A DNA stretch of 63,746 nt, the filler included, from Octopus bimaculoides (taxonomy: Eukaryota), in NCBI RefSeq assembly GCF_001194135.2. It is 5 parts of 5 records of this genome, joined end to end, with 100 filler letters (N's around TTAATTAATTAA, not from the genome) between each part and the next. Parts side by side here need not be neighbours in the genome. Positions count along the whole stretch, not along the records: positions 1 to 21,950 come from NC_068987.1; 4 more parts are not named here. The stretch is one strand, 5' to 3'. Every line of letters starts with the position of its first letter. Position 1 is the first letter of the stretch. The translations under genes and the position numbers were made by a program. Positions 1 through 10,878 of this stretch are shown in pieces. Under the pieces are notes generated by a model, which was given only the letters and a program-made list of their open reading frames with translations, was not told where the DNA came from and made no database searches.

Positions 1-137
1 TATATATATATGAAATTAAATGAATACTATAATGATATGAATTGAAGCAGCTGTATTTTTTAAAAAATCAGTATGTCATGGGCTGAATGCCTAGCAATAG
101 AAATAGTATATAGCTCAAAGCTTAATATTTAAAGATA

Positions 138-348
138 TGAAGGCGACGGGGTAGCAGAACTGTTACTGATAAAATTCTAGGCGGCATTTCTTCTGACATT
201 TCGTTCTAAGTTTAAATGCTGCTAAGTTCAGCTTTGTCTTTTATCCTTTTGGATGTAGCATTGAGTAGCATTGAGCACTGAGTTCGATGTAATGGACTTA
301 CTTTCTTCCACCAAACTGCTGGCTTTGTGCAAAAATTTGAAGGCAACA
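138..348 (+). mobile_element. Octopus tRNA-derived SINE family B, diverged
   Basis: Residual homology to the family-B consensus seen at 3301-3516 and 61621-61840. Confidence 0.6.
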
Positions 349-499
349 TTCAAAGACATGTAGAAGAAAAAGAAAAAAAGAAAAGAAATACGAAAATTAG
401 CACTTTTGTACATTTGTGTATGGGTGTGACTGTGTGTGCATGAATATGTGTATGTGTGCGTGTATACAGTTGTGCACATGGGCACACAAACATATTTAG

Positions 500-660
500 A
501 GAAAGAGGGTGAGAGAAAGTGAAGGAGAAAGAGAATGAGAGAGAGAGAGAGGGAGAGAAAGGTAGAGAAACAGAGACAGAGAGAGGGTCGGAGAGAAAGT
601 TGGAGAGAGAGGGTTAGAGAGAATGGATGAGAGAGAGCGAGAGGGAGAGAGAGCGAGAGA

Positions 661-692
<32 letters not shown>

Positions 693-700
693 TACAGATA
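500..700. repeat. Imperfect (AG)n polypurine tract
   Basis: Read directly from the sequence. Confidence 0.9.
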
Positions 701-1309
701 CACATAACAAGCATGCAACGTGGAGAAATAAAGCTTCCGACAGCGTTGTGCTTTTAAACAGTTTTGAGGTAATTTCTCTATGATAATGGCGTTTCCAACA
801 TGACCTCTATAGGTATTTCCCTACTGATGTGACCTCTGAATACGTGGTGTTTTGCCCTTTCTCTTTTCTTATATTTACGCTCCTAGTTTTAATTACCCAA
901 TTCTCTCCCTCTTTCTCTCCTTGTTTGTTTGTCTGTTTCTTTTTTTCTTTCATTCTTTCTCTCTGTAATTTCTTAAGGCTTTTGTCCTAATGATTACGGA
1001 TCAGAATTTTGGTTTATCATATTTTTTATTGCTGACATAGTTTAGCCTAATTTAATTTGTGTTCCGTTTGCGTGTTTCATGCCTTGTATTTACACCTGTC
1101 GTTCCTCGCCAGTAAGTGCAAATATTATGAATTCACAACTTTAGAAAATGCTAAAACAAAAAAAAAAATAAATAAAAAAATAATATTTTATGTGAATTTT
1201 ACAAACTGATCTATTGTTTTATTCCTTTGTTTACTTCTAGTTTGTGTTATTTTCTTATTCTGGCGGCGTGAATAAATATTTGCAGATCGCAAACACTGCA
1301 TCGTAGACA

Positions 1310-1347
1310 GCAGCAGCAGCACAAGTAGTAGTAGTAGTAGTAGTAGC

Positions 1348-1393
<46 letters not shown>

Positions 1394-1542
1394 AGTGGTG
1401 GTGGTGATGGTGGTGGTGATGGTGGTGGTGATGGTGGTGGTTAAGTTAGTAGTAATTGCGGGGGTGATGTTGATGGTGATGATTGTGGAGGTGGTGGTGG
1501 TAGTAGTGGTGGTGGTAATAGTGGTGGTGGTAGTATTAGTAT

Positions 1543-1582
<40 letters not shown>

Positions 1583-1585
1583 TAT
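1310..1585. repeat. Compound (CAG)/(TAG)/(GGT) trinucleotide tract
   Basis: Read directly from the sequence. Confidence 0.9.
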
Positions 1586-2645
1586 GTTAATAGCAGAAGT
1601 AATACTACAGGGATCATAACAGACAGCAGGACCCTCAACATGATCGGGGCACTGACATCATCCTGCTCTGGTCAACTTCGCCGTTCACCCTTCGTTGTGC
1701 TTAAAATAAAGTTCTAGTAAACTACAAGAGTTAATGATATCAGCAAATTTCCTTCCCTCGAAACTGATGGCCATTAACATGTTATATATANNNNNNNNNN
1801 NNNNNNNNNNNNNNNNNNNNNNNNNNNNNNNNNNNNNNNNNNNNNNNNNNNNNNNNNNNNNNNNNNNNNNNNNNNNNNNNNNNNNNNNNNNNNNNNNNNN
1901 NNNNNNNNNNNNNNNNNNNNNNNNNNNNNNNNNNNNNNNNNNNNNNNNNNNNNNNNNNNNNNNNNNNNNNNNNNNNNNNNNNNNNNNNNNNNNNNNNNNN
2001 NNNNNNNNNNNNNNNNNNNNNNNNNNNNNNNNNNNNNNNNNNNNNNNNNNNNNNNNNNNNNNNNNNNNNNNNNNNNNNNNNNNNNNNNNNNNNNNNNNNN
2101 NNNNNNNNNNNNNNNNNNNNNNNNNNNNNNNNNNNNNNNNNNNNNNNNNNNNNNNNNNNNNNNNNNNNNNNNNNNNNNNNNNNNNNNNNNNNNNNNNNNN
2201 NNNNNNNNNNNNNNNNNNNNNNNNNNNNNNNNNNNNNNNNNNNNNNNNNNNNNNNNNNNNNNNNNNNNNNNNNNNNNNNNNNNNNNNNNNNNNNNNNNNN
2301 NNNNNNNNNNNNNNNNNNNNNNNNNNNNNNNNNNNNNNNNNNNNNNNNNNNNNNNNNNNNNNNNNNNNNNNNNNNNNNNNNNNNNNNNNNNNNNNNNNNN
2401 NNNNNNNNNNNNNNNNNNNNNNNNNNNNNNNNNNNNNNNNNNNNNNNNNNNNNNNNNNNNNNNNNNNNNNNNNNNNNNNNNNNNNNNNNNNNNNNNNNNN
2501 NNNNNNNNNNNNNNNNNNNNNNNNNNNNNNNNNNNNNNNNNNNNNNNNNNNNNNNNNNNNNNNNNNNNNNNNNNNNNNNNNNNNNNNNNNNNNNNNNNNN
2601 NNNNNNNNNNNNNNNNNNNNNNNNNNNNNNNNNNNNNNNNATATA

Positions 2646-2677
<32 letters not shown>

Positions 2678-3300
2678 TGTATACGCACACACACACACAC
2701 AAACACACACACATATACACATCATGTATTCATGGTTATATATTTCTAGGTGCAAAATCCCTTGAATGACGAAAGAATAAAAGCAGCATGAATAACTTTG
2801 ATCATAGACCAGTCGAATGAGTTCGACCCGGAGCTAAACAACAACACCAACAAAGTCAGCAAGGACTCCAGCAACAGTACATTTTACAATCAGCAGAGGA
2901 TTCCCTGCGTGCTTTCTCAAACTGCTAGACTTCATAGGAGAATCTCCTTGGAATCACAACATACCGGAACGATGATACATTGGTTAATGTTTATCTAGAC
3001 ACACTATGTAGTCACAATAAGCGATGGAAATGCCCCTAGATCAAAAGTTTGTGCGATTAGGTTTTACCTGGAGCTAAATTAATATAATATCTTAAATTAT
3101 GTATTTTGGCTTGTTTTTCTTTGTTTTGTTCTTTTACATTTTAGACATCTAGAGAGTATTTCTTGTATTTCTATCAGGCTCACTGGCTTCCGTTACAGTC
3201 ATCTTCGCCATTAACACTACTGCCTACAACACCAATAACAGGCATACCACAAGTAACTCCAAGAGTGCTCTGTAGCTGTCTCCGTTATGTTCATTATAAC

Positions 3301-3516
3301 ATTCTTTTCTACTCTAGGCACAACGCTCGAAATTTTGGGGGAGGGGCCACTCGATTAGATCGACCCAAGTATGCAACTGGTACTTAATTTATCGATCCCG
3401 AAAGGATGACATGCAAAGACGACCTAGGCGGAATTTGAACTCAGAATATAAAGACAGACGAAATACCGCTAAGCATTTCGCCCGGCGAGCTAACTTTTCT
3501 TGCAGCTCGCCGCCTT
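3301..3516 (-). mobile_element. SINE family B (OK/OR1-type, not assigned), full length
   Basis: Minus strand GGCGGCGAGCTG..GAAATGCTTAGCGGTATTTCG..GAGTTCAAATTCCGCC (B box)..TAAGTACCAGTTG..GTGCCTAGAGTAGAAAAGAAT. Confidence 0.9.
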
Positions 3517-3662
3517 ATGTTTACTGTAATATTAGTGATCCAACTGCGTTAGTTAAATTCACAATAATATTAGCGACCCAACAGAGTTAGTTGTGTTCGC
3601 TATAATGTTAGCGATCGAACATAGTTATGTTCACTATAATCTTAGCGACCCAACAGAGTCAT
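3515..3662. repeat. Degenerate minisatellite, about 4 units of 34-38 bp
   Basis: Repeated AGTTATGTTCACTATAAT.TTAGCGACCCAACAG variants. Confidence 0.75.
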
Positions 3663-3698
3663 TCAATCGACTAATAATTACAATGTCATCTCCATCAT

Positions 3699-4075
3699 AG
3701 TGGCTGTGTGGTAAGTATCTTGTTTACTAACCACATGGTTCCGGGTTCAGTCCCACTGCGTGGTACCTTGGGCATGTGTCTTCTACTATAGCCTCGGGCC
3801 GACTAAAGCCTTGTGAGTGGATTTGGTAGACGGAAACTGCAAGAAGCCCGTCATATATATGTAGATATATATGTGTGTGTGTGTTTGTCCCCCCCACCAT
3901 CGCTTGACAACCGATGCTGGTGTGTTTACGTCCCCGTAACTTAGTGGTTCGGCAGAAAGAGACCGATAGAATAAGTACTAGGCTTGCAAAGAATACGTCC
4001 TGGGGTCGATTTTCTCGACTAAAGGTGGTGCTCCAGCATGGCCGCAGTCAAATGACTGAAACAAGTAAAAGAGTA
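3699..4075 (+). mobile_element. Octopus tRNA-derived SINE family A (CORE-SINE-like, possibly OR2), near full length
   Basis: A-box-like TGGCTGTGTGG, B-box-like GGTTCAGTCC, CORE-like ACCTTGGGCA, internal (TA/TG)n and a GAAACAAGTAAAAGAGT tail. Colinear with 45321-45747. Confidence 0.88.
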
Positions 4076-4475
4076 TAGACGGGAATAGATAATAAATATA
4101 TTGCAGAAATCGAATTTGTATCAGTATATATGAAATGAAGACGTGACACACTTATTTGAAGCAACGTTTATATTATATTGAATACAAATGTACTATGCCG
4201 GATATGTAATACATTCACAAGAGAAAGTGAGGTGAATTTATGAAGTGAGCTCAAACCTTAAGAATTTATCTACGAATAAGAGGTCTGATTCAACTGATAG
4301 TACTATGTTTCGATGAAACCACCAAGACGTCTAACAACAGAATGACATTATCAATATCGGCACCATTCTTACAACAAACACCATCAAAAGTTTCAACGCC
4401 ATTAATACCACAATTACCAGCAACCTCATCAGTGCTAGCGCTGCTGCTGATTATTGCTACTTATCAACTGTAAAG

Positions 4476-4866
4476 CGGTGGGCTGGGAGAATCGTTTGCA
4501 TGCTGGAAAAATGCATAGCGGCATTACGTCCGAGTTTATGTTCTGAGCGCAAATTCCAACGAGGTAGACTTTGCCTTTCATCATTTTGTGGGCGATAAAG
4601 CAAGTACCAGAAATATAATGAGGTCGATGTAATCGACTTTCTTTGCCCTCAAAAGCTGCTGGCCATGTACCAAAATTTGAAACCATTTTTACGGGCAGAA
4701 TCATTAACACGTCGGATAAAATGTTAGCGTCATTTCGTCCGACTTTATGTCCTGAGTTCAAATTCCACCGGGATTGACTTTATGTTCGTCCTTTCGTTGA
4801 ACTCTGGGGACGATCTTACCCTTACCCCTACAACTGCATGCCTGGTGCCAAAATTTGAAACCCTTA
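4476..4866 (+). mobile_element. Two head-to-tail SINE family B copies (about 4476-4686 and 4695-4866)
   Basis: Two successive B-box regions and two CCAAAATTTGAAACC tails. Confidence 0.8.
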
Positions 4867-6379
4867 TTACTTAGCAGCTGGGTTCATTTTATCCACCAAA
4901 AATAGTATCGAAATCTCGTTAGGATTACACAGAATGACTTTAAAAACAGAGGGAAATATTGTATAAAGATATGCAAAAGTAGCAATGGTGATCGAAAGGT
5001 GATGCTGGGTATGGATTTAATGTCTTTTCCATTGAGTTTATTCGGCCATCGCTGACTTGGGGGCTAAAGAACAACACCATAAGCGCCAACGCGGCTACCA
5101 TAACTTTACACGCCTCACCAATATCACCTTCACTATATGCAGACATACTCACACACTGGCATAAGCATATATAAAACAATAATAATAAAGCTAACATAAC
5201 GACACGTGTGGCATAACACGCTATGATAACTGCAACAGGTCTTTCCCAGGCATATACTTACCCACAGTATACGTTACTACAACAAACACTTGTGAAACAG
5301 TTCTCTTTTTTTTGTCAGGGAACCCTAAAAGTTATCATCACAATATAATCATATGTCTATAAAGAAAGGAGCAATATATTCATAAAGCAACATCACTTGT
5401 ACACTTAGTTATGAAAACTCCCATGTTCTGCGTTCAATAAAACAAAACAGTTGCTTTCTACACTAACCTAAACACTGCAGAAAATACATTCAATAAATAA
5501 TTATAGACACATCTTCAAAACATACCTCATAAAACAAAGTATAAAAGACAACACCTAATTACACTCCGGAAACGCCATTCCCATAAACAAGATGTCGCAG
5601 GGAACGTGAAACATAATACAAAACAACGACGTAAACTTCATCATCAAAGAAATAACTAGAAAAAAATTGTCACAAAAAATCTTGGCACGTATACAACTAA
5701 AATAAACAACTAAAATACTGAAACACTATATACAATAATTAGCAACAACACAACACCTACAATAGCCATGCCACAGCCATGTCAACATCAGAACCTCAAA
5801 TAATATACTCACACTTTAACAACAAACCAATGTCTTTACCAGATATTTCTAAAAAAAATTCCACGCAATAACCACCATAGAAAATAGATATACCAAACAA
5901 AAAATATGTACCCTTCACATAGATCGCGATTTTAATCCCTTCATTCCCGCAACCACAAAAAAAAAAAGCAATAAAGAAATGTAAAAGCTCAGAAAAATCA
6001 TTTCCGGCCAAAATCACAGCATAAAAATAGGCATAGAATCAAATGGAATCACTGTACATACTTCTTCAAAATATCTCAAACAATTAATGTTTACTACCAC
6101 TAACTGACACATCGTCTTCTCCATATCACAACACGTATTGAGACCATACATTCAACCTTTACACTTCCCATAACTCCTACACAGAAAATATATGATAGAT
6201 TTAAAAATAACGCATGTAATTTTATCTCTCATTGCCATCAACAAATCTTTAGGACGTACTAAATCCACCATCTCCCTCCACGCAATCCTGGCTGCATGAA
6301 ATACAAACAGTTATCACCCTAATGTTCATAAATATGTCGAATTCACAAAAATGGAAAAAGCTCTTCCACAAAATATATT

Positions 6380-6482
6380 GATTTGAAATTTTGGTACAAG
6401 GTCAGCAGGATCGGGAAAGGGGTTAAGTTGCTTACATCGAACACAGTGCTCAACTCGCACTAATTTTGTCAACCCCAAAAGA
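6380..6482 (-). mobile_element. SINE family B, 3' fragment
   Basis: TTTGAAATTTTGGTACAAGG..TACATCGAACACAGTGCTCAACT..TTTTGTCAACCCC. Confidence 0.6.
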
Positions 6483-6772
6483 TGTGTGTGTGCGTGTGTG
6501 TGTGTATGTGTGCGTGTGTGTGTGTGTGTGTGCAATAGAAGTGGTATGGTAAACATTCAACGCTGCAAGGAAAATTCAAACAGCGTTTCAATTCTGTTTG
6601 AGTATATGTGTGTATATGTGTGAGCTTACAAGGGAATTATGTGAATGTTTGTATATGTGAACTAGCGTTCTTTCAGTAACAAACGATGATCGATGTTGCA
6701 TATCAAAAGACAACCACTAGATAACATTCACAAGGGTATTAATTTGATTTACCATCTAAGATACTACAATTA

Positions 6773-6805
6773 GCCGTCATTTTTGACGGCACGGGGTCAG
6801 CTAGT
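6773..6805 (+). mobile_element. Helitron-type 3' terminus
   Basis: Perfect hairpin GCCGTCA-tttt-TGACGGC (6773-6790), a 10-nt spacer, then CTAG (6801-6804) followed by T. The 5' TC end was not located. Confidence 0.6.
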
Positions 6806-8372
6806 TATAAATAAAACAAAAGACCCCAAGTATACTAAGAGAAATGATAGGTACTATTTTCGGCTGTGAGAAAGAAATAAGACCGGTGTAAAATAAGATA
6901 CCTTAAAACCATTATGGACGGGACAAGTCTTCACTGGGCCTGGTGCCTCCACAACTGTAGCTCAATAATTTAAAAAGAACGGGAAATAGGACGCTGTATA
7001 TGTTTGCACTCACAACCTGTCTACTCAGCGATAGAGAATTACTAAGCAAATGAGATCACATGCAGATGGAAAGTGTACAATTTATTACTGCAGGAATCTT
7101 TAACTACTGAATTTCTAGTCGCAATATAAAATGCACTGACACGTAGCTCTGAAACTTGCTATCTCTGTCACTCATCTAATGCACACAAAAATGGCCGCAA
7201 AAACAAAAGCTCAGAAACTTCAGTTCCGGCAAAAATCCCATGATAAAACTAGGCATAGAAGCAGATGGTCGTATATATCGGTGTACACTACTATAATTGC
7301 AGAGGAAAAGCAACTGCTGCATTCTAATGAGTCCATAATGTTTCCGTCCGCTGTAGACAACACAAGAATTAGCAGAGGTAGAAAGTAGACTCGGTAGTGG
7401 AGTAAAAACTGTGAAGATTGTCACGAGATTCAACAATGCATGTCGGAGTGTTAGTATGAGGAAACTGGATCGTTCGATCGAACATTATTGCTCGACAGAC
7501 TATCTACGCTCCATAGGATTGCACGATCAGAGTTGAACTGGGACTACACAGCAACAATAACGTATCATACGCACGTTCACACATCCGCACATACACACGT
7601 GCACATTCATGCACACATGAACACACACGAGCGTATCAACACAAACACTGCGACACCATCAACACAAGCACACGTACGTACAGACTCTACACATACCATA
7701 CACATCTGCACACAAACAGTCGTCTCATGTTTAAACATTCGATAATTTTATTGCAACGCATTGGATCGATTCCAAATCGGAGTCAGTAGGACAAAAACGA
7801 ACAAACAAAAAACTCACACTATCAATCAACTTCTTCACATACCCCTCTTTCTTTTCTCCCCTCCCTTACACTAAAACCAATATACACTCACACCCCCTAC
7901 TCCACCAGCTATATCTGCCTTAACACAAGCACAAATTATTTTCGCTCACAACCCGAAATATCAGCCCTAGTTACAAATCCCGTGACTACGTTAGTGTCCA
8001 ATTCATTGTACCACCTCTGACAGTTTTCCCAAGTCTTCTATTGAATTAACTTCCTTCGTTGTTTCTCTTTCTTTCCTACTTTTTTCGCCATTTTTTAACA
8101 TTTATTTATCATTTACTTTCTTTAAATTTCTCATTTTTTTTTACAATGTAATCTTTTTTACTCTTTGTTCATTTGTCCTTTTATTCATTCGTCACTCTTT
8201 CTTCGCTCCTTTCTCTTTATTTTTCTCTTATTCTAAATTATTTCGTTGGTCTTTGCACATTTTTTCCTCCTTCTTCTTAATTTTTTATTCCCATTCATTC
8301 AGTCTTTCCTCTTCTCTTCTGTTTTAATATTTTCATAATTTCTATTTTATTACTTTTTTTAATAAACCTTTT

Positions 8373-8515
8373 GAGTTGGTTGAATCATTAGAGCGTCAGT
8401 ATTATTTTTTATATTCAGAGTTCAAATCTCACTGAGATCAACTTTGACTTGACTTTCAACTTTCGGGGTCGGTAAAATAAATTAACAGTCAAGTGCTAGG
8501 GTTTCATGTATCGAA
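8373..8515 (+). mobile_element. SINE family B, diverged
   Basis: GAGTTCAAATCTC..TCAACTTTG..TTTCGGGGTCGGTAAAATAA. Confidence 0.6.
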
Positions 8516-8719
8516 CAAAGACAGCAAAAAGAATACTGGCATTGCTCTTAAACTAAAAACAATTGTTTATAAGAGTGGGGGGATTGGTAGCATCACTAGA
8601 GCATCGTGAACCTTATCTTGCGGCATTTATTTCAACTTTCTCAAGTCCAAACCGATGCCATCTACAAGCAGCCTCTATGCAACTTTGCTAATCTTGTTTG
8701 TAAATTAGAAATTATATGC

Positions 8720-9470
8720 TTTTATCTTTTGTTGCGGTTACTTGACTGCGGCCATGGATGGGTCTTAGTCTAACAAACCGACCGCAGGATTTTTTTTTAT
8801 TTAAAGCCTAGAACTTATTCTATCGAGCTCATTTGCCGAAACACTAACTTACATAGTAGTAAGCAAATAGACACCTGTTGTCAAGCAGTTGTGGGGGGGA
8901 GGGGACCAAACATATACACAAAGACACACGCACACACATATATATAATATATATTGGATTGGCTTCTTTCAGTTTCCGTCTACCAAGGCTTGGTTGGCCC
9001 AAGAATATACTAGAAGTCATTCNNNNNNNNNNNNNNNNNNNNNNNNNNNNNNNNNNNNNNNNNNNNNNNNNNNNNNNNNNNNNNNNNNNNNNNNNNNNNN
9101 NNNNNNNNNNNNNNNNNNNNNNNNNNNNNNNNNNNNNNNNNNNNNNNNNNNNNNNNNNNNNNNNNNNNNNNNNNNNNNNNNNNNNNNNNNNNNNNNNNNN
9201 NNNNNNNNNNNNNNNNNNNNNNNNNNNNNNNNNNNNNNNNNNNNNNNNNNNNNNNNNNNNNNNNNNNNNNNNNNNNNNNNNNNNNNNNNNNNNNNNNNNN
9301 NNNNNNNNNNNNNNNNNNNNNNNNNNNNNNNNNNNNNNNNNNNNNNNNNNNNNNNNNNNCTTGCGGTTGTCATTTTAGACACGTGCCCAAAGCTCAAAAT
9401 TGCAGGGCAGTAGAATTGAAATCGGAACCACGTGATTGCGAAACGAATTTCTTAACTGCACTTCACTTTC
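8720..9470 (-). mobile_element. SINE family A, diverged, interrupted by an N gap
   Basis: Reverse-strand homology to family A on both sides of the 9023-9359 gap. Confidence 0.65.
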
Positions 9471-10681
9471 TAATTTTCATTCTCTATAATTTTATTTTTT
9501 TTACTTTTTACTTTTTAATTACATCGCTTTTTTAAATTTCTATCTTAATTTCTTTTTTGTTTTTTCTTAATTTGTTCTTGTGGTCTTTTTAATGTATTTA
9601 ATTTTTATTTCTTCATTTTTAATTGGATTTATTAATTCCCCTTTCTTTCATTCCGCGTTGCTGCATGCATTTCTTTATTTTACAATTTTCGCTATTTCTG
9701 TATTTTTCTTTCTTTTTTAATCATTTCAAAAATTCATTCCATCACCTTTTTTTCATTCCTGTTATTTGCCGAATCTTTCTTCATTACCGTTTTTGTTTAC
9801 TTCAATTTTTTTTTCTTTTTTGCCCGTTCGTTTTTGATTGAATATTTATTTATTCTTTTTTTTTTTATCAATCTCAATAATTTCTGTTCTTTTCTGGTTT
9901 GATAGAATAAGTAAAGCGTTGGATAGTATATTGTTGCGTTAACTTAACTTAAATCCTATGTTCAAAGTCTGTCAACGTGTCCTTCCATTTACATTGTCCT
10001 CAGATTAATAAAGTACTATCAAATACTTGTTCCTAATTTAGGCTCAAAGTCGGCAAATTTTAGAGGCGTAGTGTTTTCATCGATTACATTGAACCAAGTA
10101 CTTGACCGATAGTTATTTTCATATATTATTTTATCGACTATGAAGTGATGAGTGGCGACGTTGGCATAGGTGGTATTTAAACTCGGAAGTTAAAATGTCG
10201 ATTCAAATCCACTGCACATTGTATCCGATGATAAGTGTATCCGTTGTTTAACTATTTCAGTCGATCTCATTGAGTTCAACCTCCCTCAAATTTGAATGTT
10301 ATTTTCAATTTTTCTTCTTGCTTTTCTACACATTTGCTCATTCTGATCTTGTTCTAGGCGCATATTTTATTTGCTACGAGAAGAACCTACTAAACTGCTA
10401 ACCTGCTAAACAGTCGTTTGTTCCGCCTCCATTTTCTGGGAAAGTGACGCTGAGTGTATTCTTCCACAAAAATTCTGTTGAAGAGTGAACAATACCAATC
10501 AATTTCTGAAAGAAAAACTAGCTTCGATGTTTTACACTAAGTAATCAGCTACGTAAAAAATGGAAGGAAATGTTGGTCTAGGCGAATTTGAACACGGAAC
10601 GTAGGGAGCCAGAAAACCACTGCGAAACAATGTTCAATGTCCAGTGAGACATATATGTGCCATTGATAGCGCTCAAAGTTT

Positions 10682-10878
10682 CTTATTCCTGTCAATTGTA
10701 TTTCTCTATTCATATTAAATGTATTTCTTCATTTCTGTTAAACGTATTCCTTAATTTCTGTCAAATGTATTTCTATATTCCAATAAAATGTATTCCTTTA
10801 TTCTTGTGGAAAATATTTCTTTATTCCTATCAAATGTATTCCTTTACTCTTGTCAAATATATTCCTTTATCCCTTATT
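10682..10878. repeat. Degenerate 23-bp minisatellite, about 8.5 copies
   Basis: Ungapped units start at 10695, 10718, 10741, 10764, 10787, 10810, 10833 and 10856; consensus AATGTATTCCTTTATTCCTGTCA. Confidence 0.85.

Noticed and set aside
2750-2998. Complex segment with a 66-codon ORF after a TTTCTAG acceptor-like site
   Set aside because: Stops in all three frames soon after the acceptor, TTG start and no recognisable homology. It could be UTR but is unsupported.
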